A DNA stretch of 64,000 nt from Candidatus Vogelbacteria bacterium RIFOXYD1_FULL_46_19. GTDB taxonomy: Bacteria; Patescibacteriota; Minisyncoccia; Phycocordibacterales; XYD1-FULL-46-19. The DNA lies in assembly GCA_001824825.1 (NCBI GenBank), contig MHTK01000006.1, positions 252,138-316,137 on the forward strand. The letters are read 5' to 3'. Under the pieces are notes generated by a model. The model did not search any database and was not told where the DNA came from. It saw only the letters and a list, made by a program, of their open reading frames with translations. A program made the translations under genes and the position numbers. This document shows positions 8,330 to 17,663 of this stretch, piece by piece (within the stretch, counting starts at the first letter, position 1; each line of letters begins with the position of its first letter).

Positions 8330-9751
8330 TTAAGATTTAAGCTTGTCAGTTAACAGTTTGGCTAAAACGCCCGGATTGGCCGACCCTTTAGACAACTTCA
8401 TCCCTTGTCCAATTAAAAATTGTAGAGATTTGGCATTCCCCGACTTAAACTCAGCGACCGCCGCTTCATTAGAGGCAAGCACCTCGTCGATAATGACTGT
8501 GAGTTCCCCGGCCTCACTTTTTTGGAACAAGTCTTTAGCTTCAGCAATAATCCTCGGTTCTCCACCCTCGGTCACCATAGCGAGCAGAATGTCTTTAGCT
8601 CCCCGTGAAGACACTTCTCCGCCCGCAATCATTGTTATTAAATCGGCCAAGCCTTTAGCCTCGGGCCAGCCGGTAACTCCATTTTTATGTAAACCAGCTA
8701 AATCGGAAGTTAGATAATTGGCTAAAACTTGCACCAGCTTTTGGTCCGACTCTAAAAGTTTGGCGCTCGCTTCAAACAAGTCAGCATAGGCCGGGTTCCC
8801 CACAAAAGTTTCAATATCCTCAGACTTAATACCGAAACTGTCGTGGTAACGCTCACGCTTAGTCGCCGGTAACTCGGGCAATAAATCCTTTAGATTTTGA
8901 AACTCGACAATTTCACTTATATATAATTTAGGTAAGTCCGGGTCAGGAAAATAGCGATAGTCGTGAGAAAATTCTTTTTTCCGCTGACTAAAGGTTCGAC
9001 TATTATTCTCATCCCAACCTCGAGTTTCTTGAATGACTGTTTCCCCTTTTTCCAACAACTCGATTTGACGCGCTTCTTCAAATTCAATGGCTCGCTCCAC
9101 CGCCCGAAAAGAATTGAGATTTTTTACCTCCACTTTGGTGCCCAAAGATTTATCGTCGCAGCTCACGGAAATGTTCGCTTCCACTCGCAGCTCACCTTTT
9201 TCCATATTAGCCTCAGACACATTGAGATATAAAGGTGACAGCAACAACTGAAGCTCGCGAGCAAAATCCCCGGCGGCTCTCGCACTATGAATCACCGGCT
9301 CGGTGACCAGCTCCATTAGGGGTACGCCGGCTCGATTGTAATCTACCAAACTACCCCCACCAGGAACATGTTGCGACCGGGCCGTATCCTCTTCCAAGTG
9401 TACCCGCGTAATGACCACACCTGCGAGACTCCCGCCGGTAACCAACGGGTATTTATACTGGCTAATTTGGTAAGCCTTGGGAATGTCTGGATAAAAATAG
9501 TTTTTGCGGTCAAACTCCGTAAAGTCGGCCAGTGTGCCCCCCAAAGCGGTCCCCACCTTTAGTACACTCTTGACCGCCTCTTTATTAATCACTGGCAAAG
9601 TGCCTGGGTGCGCCATACAAATTGGGCAAATGTTCTGATTCGGGCGCGTTTCGTCGGGATCGTTTTTGGACTGACAAAACATCTTGGTCTTGGTCGACAA
9701 CTCCACGTGAACTTCCAGACCCACCGTTAATGTGTATTTATCTTGAGGCAT
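8330..9751 (-). CDS. gatB: Asp-tRNA(Asn)/Glu-tRNA(Gln) amidotransferase subunit B
   Basis: 'TLTVGLEVHVELSTKTKMFC' GatB N-terminus; ORF runs to 9823 but the first 24 codons (GSGGGGEN...) overlap a hairpin, so the start is placed at Met 'MPQDKYT' (9751). Confidence 0.8.
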   Translation of the reverse strand: MPQDKYTLTVGLEVHVELSTKTKMFCQSKNDPDETRPNQNICPICMAHPGTLPVINKEAVKSVLKVGTALGGTLADFTEFDRKNYFYPDIPKAYQISQYKYPLVTGGSLAGVVITRVHLEEDTARSQHVPGGGSLVDYNRAGVPLMELVTEPVIHSARAAGDFARELQLLLSPLYLNVSEANMEKGELRVEANISVSCDDKSLGTKVEVKNLNSFRAVERAIEFEEARQIELLEKGETVIQETRGWDENNSRTFSQRKKEFSHDYRYFPDPDLPKLYISEIVEFQNLKDLLPELPATKRERYHDSFGIKSEDIETFVGNPAYADLFEASAKLLESDQKLVQVLANYLTSDLAGLHKNGVTGWPEAKGLADLITMIAGGEVSSRGAKDILLAMVTEGGEPRIIAEAKDLFQKSEAGELTVIIDEVLASNEAAVAEFKSGNAKSLQFLIGQGMKLSKGSANPGVLAKLLTDKLKS

Positions 9752-9811
9752 AATATTAGCCGCAGTATAGCTAAAAAGCCGAGTTCTGTCATTTTCCCCA
9801 CCACCCCCACT

Positions 9812-9842
9812 TCCCAAGGTCAAGGTCGGACCTTGGGAAGTA
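9812..9842. promoter_or_regulatory. perfect 12-bp stem hairpin (cttcccaaggtc/gaccttgggaag) between murB and gatB
   Basis: Exact reverse-complement arms with 7-nt loop; no U-run, so attenuator/processing element rather than classical terminator. Confidence 0.4.
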
Positions 9843-9886
9843 CAGGGGTTAAACCTTGGAGTGGGATGGACATGGTGTAATTTTAG

Positions 9887-10846
9887 TTAGGGTAGGAAAC
9901 GAACTTCTTCTTCTAAGGTAATACCAAACCGGTCTTGCACTTTTTGTTTGAGGCGAGTGGCTAGTTTTTTAGCATCGCTCGCCGTCCCACCACCTAAATT
10001 CATAATTAAGTTACCATGGAAATCGACCACGGCCATCTGCCCCTGTTTTAGACCTTTGGCCCCCACCACCTCTAGTAAATAGCCGGCTGGAATTTTGCCA
10101 TCAATAATTTTGGTCGGATCAACCAGTTTTAACGATCGCGCCGACACTTTGCTTACTAAAGGATTTTTAAAGTAGCTCCCCGGGCAAGCCAGTCCCGGCT
10201 TATACTTAGCTTGCCTTATTTTTATAATTTGCCGAGACTTCTTGGTAAGGGTTTCAGTATTACCTTTAGTTAATTTAAATTTAACACCAAGTACTAGCCA
10301 TGGCTTATACTTAAAAATACTGTCGCGATAATTAAACCGACAAGTCACTCGATCGACCCATCGGATGACTTGTCCATCAAATATTTCTACCGCAAGTAAA
10401 TGGTCACTAATGCTTTGACCATAAGCACCGGCATTGCCCACCACTGCTCCGCCCACTGTGCCCGGAATACCAGATAATGATTCTAAGCCCGCACGACCTT
10501 GGCTTATGACTTTTTTAATCAAACTGGCTAAAGATAACCCTGCCTCGACATAAACTTGACCAGTGGGTCCTATGGTTAAAGCGTCTTTAGCTAAAGGATT
10601 GGTCAGGTAATGAATATATAATTTAGTAGACGGGCGACCAGGAAAAACCACATTACTCCCCCCGGCAAAAATGACATAGGAAATCTTAGTGGTTTGCGCT
10701 TTTTTAACCGCCTCCACTAAACTCTGTTTATCTTTCACTGCTAAATAAAAGGGAGCTACGCCGCCAATTTTAAAAGTCGTCAGCTCGGCTAAAGAGACTT
10801 TAGTTTGTCCAGTCGGCCAAATTTGTTTCAAGTTTTTAACAGTCAT
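9887..10846 (-). CDS. murB: UDP-N-acetylenolpyruvoylglucosamine reductase
   Basis: 319 aa; 'FKIGGVAPFYL', 'FAGGSNVVF' FAD-binding MurB N-domain; C-terminal MurB domain. Confidence 0.75.
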   Translation of the reverse strand: MTVKNLKQIWPTGQTKVSLAELTTFKIGGVAPFYLAVKDKQSLVEAVKKAQTTKISYVIFAGGSNVVFPGRPSTKLYIHYLTNPLAKDALTIGPTGQVYVEAGLSLASLIKKVISQGRAGLESLSGIPGTVGGAVVGNAGAYGQSISDHLLAVEIFDGQVIRWVDRVTCRFNYRDSIFKYKPWLVLGVKFKLTKGNTETLTKKSRQIIKIRQAKYKPGLACPGSYFKNPLVSKVSARSLKLVDPTKIIDGKIPAGYLLEVVGAKGLKQGQMAVVDFHGNLIMNLGGGTASDAKKLATRLKQKVQDRFGITLEEEVRFLP

Positions 10847-10882
10847 GGTCCAACAGTATAACTCAAGAAAACCAGCGCCACA

Positions 10883-10917
10883 AAAAAACCCGCCCGGCTT
10901 AAAGCCGGGCGGGTTTT
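10883..10917. terminator. bidirectional rho-independent terminator
   Basis: aaaaaaacccgcccggc-tttaa-gccgggcgggttttt. Confidence 0.7.
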
Positions 10918-10941
10918 TAGTTTAACTTAAACGCAAGTCCT

Positions 10942-11574
10942 TTATTCAGCGGACAAAACACGGAAGAAATACTGAGTGTTAGCAGACAAACCAGTTAAAG
11001 TAACAGCGTGTTCAGTGACTTTGTTATCATCACGTGAAGTGGAGTTGCTATAACCATAGTTTGGAGCAGATCCAATAGTGTCACCATTCTCGGCCCGGCG
11101 GGAAGCCGTGTCGTAAATAACTCGGCTAGTCGCTGGTCGGTTGGTAGTCCAACGAACAATAGCGCTCGACTGAGTAATGTCGGTTACCCGAACATTAGTG
11201 ATTAAAAGGTCTTCCTCATCAGCTTCACCAATCGTAACAGAAATGGTGTCAGTATCAGTCTGACCAGTAGCGAAATCGGTTACCCGGTAGGTAACAGTTT
11301 TGGTCCCAGAAGCAGTATAGCTATGGGTTTCGTTCTGACCAGCATCCTGTGTGCCATCACCCCAAGTCCAGTTGTAGTCATAATTGGACTCAACCCCAGA
11401 ACCACCAGTGGCAGATCCGGTAAAAGAAATGGTCTCATTCACATCGAAAGTTGAGCCAGTAGCTGGACTGTCGATAGAAGCCACCAAAGCCGGCGACTGA
11501 GCCGCGGCCAAAGATGGAGCAATAATGGCTACTGCCATCACCACGCCCATCAAGGTATTGATTACATTTTTCAT
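10942..11574 (-). CDS. secreted PKD-domain protein
   Basis: 210 aa; signal peptide MKNVINTLMGVVMAVAIIAPSLAAA; 'YNWTWGDGT' PKD motif; Thr/Ser-rich beta-sandwich-like C-terminus. Confidence 0.55.
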   Translation of the reverse strand: MKNVINTLMGVVMAVAIIAPSLAAAQSPALVASIDSPATGSTFDVNETISFTGSATGGSGVESNYDYNWTWGDGTQDAGQNETHSYTASGTKTVTYRVTDFATGQTDTDTISVTIGEADEEDLLITNVRVTDITQSSAIVRWTTNRPATSRVIYDTASRRAENGDTIGSAPNYGYSNSTSRDDNKVTEHAVTLTGLSANTQYFFRVLSAE

Positions 11575-11749
11575 AATTAAAATCTTTTAACTTTGCTAAT
11601 ATCTACCTATTTATAACGTTGAAATCAGCCAAAACTAACGGTTAAGGCCTATTTCCAAGATCATCCATTACTACCACGGATATAAAAAATATGCAAGGGG
11701 TCAGGGCCCCTAGCCGACTGGGGCTAAAAATGGCTAAGTTGGCCCTAAA

Positions 11750-11790
11750 TTTAGGCAAAAATAAACCCCCAAGCGCGAAGCTCGGGGGGT
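11750..11790 (-). terminator. rho-independent terminator after PASTA-lipoprotein gene
   Basis: Hairpin cccccaagcg-cgaa-gctcggggg; minus transcript followed by UUUAUUU; same hairpin family as 1182-1206. Confidence 0.55.
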
Positions 11791-11818
11791 ATAGGGTAAA
11801 CAAGAATACAAAGATCTA

Positions 11819-14209
11819 TTACTCGACGACAATTAGGAGCGAGGTCGTCGCCCGTTCGTCAGCGTCGTCGGCCGAGAAGCGGAGTGGTCCGTCTCCCGAC
11901 TGGATACGCGATTGCCATTCCTTACGCAGAATAACCTGACGCGGATTGGACGCATGTGGATACACGCGCCACATCGAACCGACACTGCCACCGAGGTTTT
12001 CAGTGACTTGTCCACTGGCGGACAAGCTAAACTGAATTCTCTGACCATCGGGCGCCTGGGCCACGATATCAAACGGCGCTAGGCCATTTAAGATCATGAC
12101 TTCAAGCTCACCAAATTCTCCGGTGGCATAGGTCGGAACGCTGCCCACCAGCCGGTGCACAGTGTCAGTAATGATAACCTCAATCTGGAGTGGCTCCGGG
12201 TCGGGCTCGGTCCCTTTGGACACAGTGTAAGCCACCGCGCTGCCCAAAGGAACCTGAGTCCCTGCTGTCGGATTCTGCGAGAGAACCTCGCCAACCGGCC
12301 GGGAGCTGAACTCCTGATTGACGTTGCCGGTTGTTAAGCCGACTGCCGTCAATGATGTATTGGCGGCTGCTTGTTGCAGACCGACAATATTGGGGACGTT
12401 AACATTATCTGGTCCCTTGGAAACGGTGTAGTTCACCGCACTACCACGGGCCACAGAAGTGCCAGCCGCCGGACTTTGCGAGAGAACCTCGCCAACCGGC
12501 CGGGAGCTGAACACTTGATTGACGGTGCCGGTTATTAAGCCGGACGCTGTCAAAGCAGAGTTCGCAGCCGCTTGTTGTAGGCCGACAATACCAGGTACTG
12601 TCGCCTGTTCCGGCTCGGGCTCGACAACGGTAAGCCGAAGACTGGCCTCGGCCACCTGCCCACACTCATCCGATACCCGTACTCGGACCGGATTATCCTC
12701 CGGCCCAATAGCGGACGCGAACTTCTTAAGCACTTGAACTCGCCCGTCAGTAAGCATTGTGGGCGTCTCGAACGATTCGTCCAGGTCCTCTGGACTCTCC
12801 ACCACAATCGACCCGTCTTCATAGTAGACGAAGTCCATCTGGAGGGAATCCGGGGTCTGCAGACGGACGTTAATGTCGTCCGTCGACGGGCCAAAGTTAA
12901 AGATAAAGACAACCGTGTCTCCCACCTCAAACTCGGTCCGTCCGCCTTGGGTAGCGAAGGAAAGCTCAAGCTCCGGGCATTCACCTTCTCCCTCGCCCTC
13001 ACCTTCCCCTTCACCTTCTCCCTCGCCCTCACCGCCCACCGCTTCGAAGACGGCTGTCACCGTCTGGTCACGGTCCATAATGACAGTGTTAAAGGCCAGG
13101 GTTCGGTCGGGGTTACTAACTGGGCCGTCGAAGCGGACAAACTCCCACCCGGCCAAAGGCTCAGCCGAGAGATTAACCACTTCTCCCTCGTCGTAGTAGT
13201 ACACCCCAGGAGCCGGGGTCGTCATCCCACCAGTGGTCGGCGGTGACACCAAAATGGTCAGTTGAAACTGATCCACCGGACAAGGCCCCGTGGATACGAC
13301 CAAATCAATCTCCGCCCCAAACGGCCAATTACGACCGCCGACCGGATTTTGACTGATGACCCGACCAGCAACAACAGTGTCGCTACACTGGCGGGCCACT
13401 GCCCCCACGACAAAGTCGTGATCCTCGATTATATCCCGAGCTTCCTGCTCGGGACGACCAACCACCTCCGGCACCGAGCCGGTGGTGGGATCAGGCGGAT
13501 TACAAGCAGCCGCTGAAAGCCGATAGTCATCGGCTCCCAACGCCGTCTCGCCGTCCAAAGTCACTCGGATGTTGTACCACGAAGGCACTTCATCAAAGAT
13601 TCTAAAAACTGCGAAAGGCGGAGCCAGCGGAGCTCCATCCCCATCGTCCGGCACCGCATAATCCGACTCCGGTCGGTGAATCTGACCAAGCAAGGCCGAC
13701 CAAATCCACACCGAGAAGTAATTAACTCCCACAGTGTATTGGTAGGTATAAGGGGGGCGTGGGGTCCATCGGGTATAAATCACCCGAGAAGCAAACAAGG
13801 TGGGCATCCACAGATTACCGTAAATACCACCAATCTCGACGATGGACCCACCACCGAGACTTTTTAGTGACTCCAACGACTCCAGATGCGCTTTTTGTGC
13901 CGCTGAATCGTTAAAAATCACCTCAACTGGTCGCGCTTGTAGGGAGTCCCCTGTACTTTCGTAGCGGATTTGCTCCCAGGGTACCAGATCCCCCTGCTCG
14001 TTTTCTTTGAGCAGTTGGAAAGTAGCCCCAGCGGCCGGCTTACTGGCCTCAGCCCCGATATATTGCTCAGTGCAACCAGCCACTGTCTGAGTGAACGTGT
14101 AAACGTCCACCCCAAGTGTCGGTACCGGCGCCGGCGGACTCGGGCAACCACTCAAAACTGCCAGAGCTGCCGCCACTACCGCCAAAAAAACCACTGTCCG
14201 CTTGTCCAT
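11819..14209 (-). CDS. lipoprotein with two PASTA-like repeats and (GE)n linker
   Basis: 796 aa; lipobox 'LSGC'; two ~67-aa PASTA-like units (NVPNIVGLQQAAAN...YTVSKG); 'GEGEGEGEGEGEGEGEGE' linker. Confidence 0.6.
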   Translation of the reverse strand: MDKRTVVFLAVVAAALAVLSGCPSPPAPVPTLGVDVYTFTQTVAGCTEQYIGAEASKPAAGATFQLLKENEQGDLVPWEQIRYESTGDSLQARPVEVIFNDSAAQKAHLESLESLKSLGGGSIVEIGGIYGNLWMPTLFASRVIYTRWTPRPPYTYQYTVGVNYFSVWIWSALLGQIHRPESDYAVPDDGDGAPLAPPFAVFRIFDEVPSWYNIRVTLDGETALGADDYRLSAAACNPPDPTTGSVPEVVGRPEQEARDIIEDHDFVVGAVARQCSDTVVAGRVISQNPVGGRNWPFGAEIDLVVSTGPCPVDQFQLTILVSPPTTGGMTTPAPGVYYYDEGEVVNLSAEPLAGWEFVRFDGPVSNPDRTLAFNTVIMDRDQTVTAVFEAVGGEGEGEGEGEGEGEGEGECPELELSFATQGGRTEFEVGDTVVFIFNFGPSTDDINVRLQTPDSLQMDFVYYEDGSIVVESPEDLDESFETPTMLTDGRVQVLKKFASAIGPEDNPVRVRVSDECGQVAEASLRLTVVEPEPEQATVPGIVGLQQAAANSALTASGLITGTVNQVFSSRPVGEVLSQSPAAGTSVARGSAVNYTVSKGPDNVNVPNIVGLQQAAANTSLTAVGLTTGNVNQEFSSRPVGEVLSQNPTAGTQVPLGSAVAYTVSKGTEPDPEPLQIEVIITDTVHRLVGSVPTYATGEFGELEVMILNGLAPFDIVAQAPDGQRIQFSLSASGQVTENLGGSVGSMWRVYPHASNPRQVILRKEWQSRIQSGDGPLRFSADDADERATTSLLIVVE
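12250..12651. repeat. tandem direct duplication, 2 x ~201 nt, ~85-90% identical (encodes the two PASTA-like units)
   Basis: 'ttgcgagagaacctcgccaaccggccgggagctgaac' recurs at 12274 and 12475. Confidence 0.8.
12981..13033. repeat. (GAG GGC)n-type microsatellite-like repeat encoding the (Gly-Glu)9 linker
   Basis: ctccctcgccctcaccttcc repeated. Confidence 0.75.
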
Positions 14210-14466
14210 CGCACGTCCTCCTCTTTTTTTCTCTAAACTCTAATCCCTCCAGCCACTTAACTAAAAGGATATTTGACAAAGATGCTACTTGTCACTGCCA
14301 ACATTACTAGCATTTTTGGTGGATTTGTCAAGGGTAAAGTTTTTAACTCTACCTTGGCCTAAACCACCGCCTCCGGACAGCCCGAGGGCTGCCCGGAGGT
14401 GGTGGTTAAAATCAAACCAAAGACTAATACTAACCCAAGTGAAACCGTCATCAATCGGAATTAGCC

Positions 14467-16824
14467 TCAGTATTTTTCCGGCACAATGACGGTTTCCAAT
14501 TCTTCTTCGGCCTCTTTCTTATCCACCGAAGCAGCCCCTAAAGGTATGGCTGCTTGCCCACCGTCCACCATCGCCTCCGCGTCATTACCATTAACTTGAT
14601 TGTATTCAGAAATTACTTCATCAGTCTCTTCCTGTACCGGGGCCGTTTCTGCTCCTTCTCCAACCAGTGGAAAAGCCCCCAGCTCGGCCTCGGCTTCATT
14701 GATTAAATTATTAGATTCTTCCAAGAGTTCTCGCTCCTTCCTAACTTGAGATAAACGGTATGCCAACCAACCGATAAGACCCACGAGGACAAGGGCTAGT
14801 AGAATCAGGCCAACCAAGAGCCAAGCCCTAAAATCCCAGTCATCACTAGAAAAAATCGAGCTGAAGCCCGCCGCCGCCAAGTGAATTAGATTGCGAGATT
14901 TAGTTTCCACCGCTTGAGGTAAGTCTAAATCGAGAGGAGCAAAACCTTGACCTTCCCGCACTAACGGTGGGTAAATCAAAAGTTCCGCCCCACTACCCTT
15001 ACCAAGACCCGTCGCTCCGTAACCTGACCAAGCAACGTGGCCAGCCCCGGCCATAACACCAGCCGGTAGCTGAAGTTCCAAACGAATCGGGTCATCAATT
15101 TCACAGTACAGATAGTTAATCTTTAGCATCGTCGTAATGTACACATAGCCGGTCGGATCGGTAATGCCCCAAGTGTGCAGAACATCCTCGGCGTAACGCA
15201 ATTGGAAAGATTTCACCGCCTCAAAAGTTTGCAAGTCGTAATAACCAGTAAGTGGTACATTAAATCCCTCATAGTTAAGTAAGAACCACTGCAGTTTCAA
15301 AACCTCAGTCGGATTATTAGCCTGACCCAAGCGAATAAATTCGCGCAAGTAAACCGGGCAAGCTGAAGCGAGGACTTCATCGCGATCAACCCGACGACGG
15401 CCACCGCCTCCGCCACCACCTCCGTTGTCGTCATCATCATCTCCTCCGCCGCCGCCATTTGAGGTGGTAAACGAGTACTCATCGGAAATTTCTTCATCAA
15501 GCGGTGGCTCACCACTACCAGATGTAGTAAAAGAGTACTCAGTTGACACCACTTCATCTAGTGGCGGTTCGCCGCCACCACCATCGGTTGTAGTGAAAGA
15601 ATGTTCGTCCGAAACAACTTCATCAATAGGTGGTTCGCCGCCACCACTGGTAGTGGTAAATGCATACTCAGCTGACACCACTTCATCAAGCGGTGGTTCG
15701 CCCCCATCATCTCTATCGGTCACAAATGAGTATTCCACGGAAACAACTTCTTGTCCTATAGAATCTGTCCTAAAGGTATACTCCTCAGACACCACCTCAT
15801 CAAGCGGTGGTTCTCCACCATCAGACAAAGTGGTAAATGAATACTCCAGGGAAACAGTTTCCTCAAGTGGTGGTTCTTCTCCACCACCATCAGTGGTAAA
15901 GAAGTGTTCCATCGACACTACCTCGTCTAATAAGGGTGGTTCAACATCTCCAGGGAGGGTAACAAAGTTAAATTCCCCAGAAACTGCCTCGGTTAAAGCT
16001 GGTTCCTGGCTATCGGACAAAGTATTAAAAGTATGCTCTAAGGAAACAACTTCCCCAGCTTCTTCAGTAAGGGCAAGGGTAGTAAAGTCATATTCCCCAG
16101 AAACTGCCTCGGTTAAAGCTGGTTCCTGGCTATCGGACAAAGTATTAAAAGTATTTTCCGCCGATACCACCTCGATCTCAGTCTCATTGTCATCCAAATT
16201 CTCGGCAGTGGTGAAACTATTTTCCAAGGAAACAATTTCAAATCCTAGGTTATCCCCACCATCAGCATCAGGATCAAAAGGGTCAGCCGATGGCGGTGTC
16301 ATCCCACCGGGTGTACCAGGAGTGCTAGAGGCCACTGGAGGAACAAATGGTACGTCTTCTCCTTCAGTTTCTAGCTCGGAGGTACTAGAAGCCATCGGCG
16401 GTATCAGTATTGCTTGGTCATTTTCCAATGCAGAAGTGGAAGTAGCACTATCGGTTTCCTCGGTCATATTGGTCATAGGAGTACTTGAAGCCACCGGGGG
16501 CACCTCTACTTTTTCTGCCTCAAAAGTAGCTGGATCCTCCTCCCCACCAAGGGCCTTCTGCCCTTCCTCTGTCTCACCAATAAGAGCCAGTTCTGACTCA
16601 ACCCCTCCAGTAAGCGGAAGCTGCTCATCCTTATCTTCAACCATATCATCATTTGTTTCTTCTTGGGCTTGAGTTTCTGGTTGTGCTACTGTTTCCACTA
16701 CTGCCTGATCAACACTCTCCGCTTCGGCTAAAATTGGAGTTAAACCAACCACCGCAAACAGCCCAAAAGCTACCGCTACGGTAATAAAAATGGAATAAAG
16801 TGGATAATTTTTTGTAGTAAACAT
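14467..16824 (-). CDS. secreted acidic tandem-repeat protein with C-terminal peptidoglycan-binding domain and membrane anchor
   Basis: 785 aa; signal peptide; >10 copies of 'GGEPPLDEVVSxEYSFTT' 21-aa repeat plus 40-aa 'LSDSQEPALTEAVSGEYDFTTL' repeats; Gly/Asp run; 'PG_binding_1'-like segment (QWFLLNYEGF...GYYDLQTFEAVKSFQ); hydrophobic helix near C-terminus. Confidence 0.6.
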   Translation of the reverse strand: MFTTKNYPLYSIFITVAVAFGLFAVVGLTPILAEAESVDQAVVETVAQPETQAQEETNDDMVEDKDEQLPLTGGVESELALIGETEEGQKALGGEEDPATFEAEKVEVPPVASSTPMTNMTEETDSATSTSALENDQAILIPPMASSTSELETEGEDVPFVPPVASSTPGTPGGMTPPSADPFDPDADGGDNLGFEIVSLENSFTTAENLDDNETEIEVVSAENTFNTLSDSQEPALTEAVSGEYDFTTLALTEEAGEVVSLEHTFNTLSDSQEPALTEAVSGEFNFVTLPGDVEPPLLDEVVSMEHFFTTDGGGEEPPLEETVSLEYSFTTLSDGGEPPLDEVVSEEYTFRTDSIGQEVVSVEYSFVTDRDDGGEPPLDEVVSAEYAFTTTSGGGEPPIDEVVSDEHSFTTTDGGGGEPPLDEVVSTEYSFTTSGSGEPPLDEEISDEYSFTTSNGGGGGDDDDDNGGGGGGGGRRRVDRDEVLASACPVYLREFIRLGQANNPTEVLKLQWFLLNYEGFNVPLTGYYDLQTFEAVKSFQLRYAEDVLHTWGITDPTGYVYITTMLKINYLYCEIDDPIRLELQLPAGVMAGAGHVAWSGYGATGLGKGSGAELLIYPPLVREGQGFAPLDLDLPQAVETKSRNLIHLAAAGFSSIFSSDDWDFRAWLLVGLILLALVLVGLIGWLAYRLSQVRKERELLEESNNLINEAEAELGAFPLVGEGAETAPVQEETDEVISEYNQVNGNDAEAMVDGGQAAIPLGAASVDKKEAEEELETVIVPEKY
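15400..16330. repeat. coding tandem repeats (63-nt period, plus a 120-nt period unit with two 64-nt segments identical at 15972-16035 and 16092-16155)
   Basis: Exact 64-nt duplication seen directly in the sequence. Confidence 0.8.
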
Positions 16825-17316
16825 AAATATAAAAAAGCGACGAAACGGCTTCGTTTAAGGACAAACTGGAGAAAAAATTTTGTAAAGAAAAGCGATCGGC
16901 CCTACCTTCGTAGTGAGAAGAAATTCACTATCATCGTCCGACCCAAAAGAACTATATTCTTAATTGATATTACTAGTACTTCTAAACAACTTTGTCAAGT
17001 ATAAAGCGATTATATTTCCTAGCTAGAAAAAGAATCCTCTCGACTAATAAACTGTTTGACTGGTCATAACTTACAAACCCTCGCCACCTCAAATTAGTAG
17101 GGTGATCAAGAAATTAAAATTGACCCCTTATCCACGTTTTTGTCCTATAAAAAGCCTTGGCTGTCGGTTATATAGGACAATTTATGAGATATGTCCTATA
17201 TGATTTTTTACCGTCAACTTAAATCAAAAACTCTTAAAAGATAGGGATTATTAAGAATTAAAAAAGAGTCCGGACATTACTATCCGAACTCAACAATAAA
17301 AAACAAAAAATTTAGA

Positions 17317-17544
17317 CTATTTGTTCAATTCCCGATAGAGGCTGTCGGGGCCGCGCATCCCTCCCCCATAGTAAAAGGTGAGATTGCGTTCGTCCTGATC
17401 GAAGCTGAAGAAAGTCGCGGGCAGACTCTGGTTTTTGTCGGTCGCCCACACCCCCTCGCGCAGTCCGATCATAATGATCAAGACTCCGACGAGAAAAAGT
17501 AGACACAGCTTTTTGGCCTCGTTCTTCTTCGCTCGGCTTAACAC
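17317..17544 (-). CDS. small membrane protein (75 aa), GTG start
   Basis: SD GGGGAGG 8 nt upstream of GTG; one hydrophobic helix (LCLLFLVGVLIIMIGL). Confidence 0.4.
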   Translation of the reverse strand: MLSRAKKNEAKKLCLLFLVGVLIIMIGLREGVWATDKNQSLPATFFSFDQDERNLTFYYGGGMRGPDSLYRELNK

Positions 17545-17663
17545 TCAAACCTCCCCTCTACGTTCCTGCGATAGTAATTAAAGACCTCTGATTCCACTGT
17601 TTGCATTTTACCTTATATTGTGTCTATTGTCAATTTTTTAAAATTAAGTCTAGATTAAGAAAC

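Noticed and set aside
12250-12651. Diversity-generating retroelement TR/VR pair
   Set aside because: The two repeat copies differ at mixed positions, not adenine-specific, and no reverse transcriptase is present in the window. It is a simple domain duplication.
12550-13246. ORFs 12550-13032 (-), 12734-13246 (+), 12873-13196 (+)
   Set aside because: They are out-of-frame or antisense shadows within the PASTA-lipoprotein gene, generated by the GC-rich (GE)n and repeat region.
12250-16330. CRISPR array
   Set aside because: Repeats are in-frame coding repeats of unequal length, with no short-repeat/unique-spacer architecture and no cas genes.
15425-16672. 415-aa Ser/Pro-rich plus-strand ORF
   Set aside because: It is an antisense shadow of the tandem-repeat gene 14467-16824. 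Its low-complexity composition mirrors the E/D/G/P codons of the real gene, and it has no RBS or independent signals.
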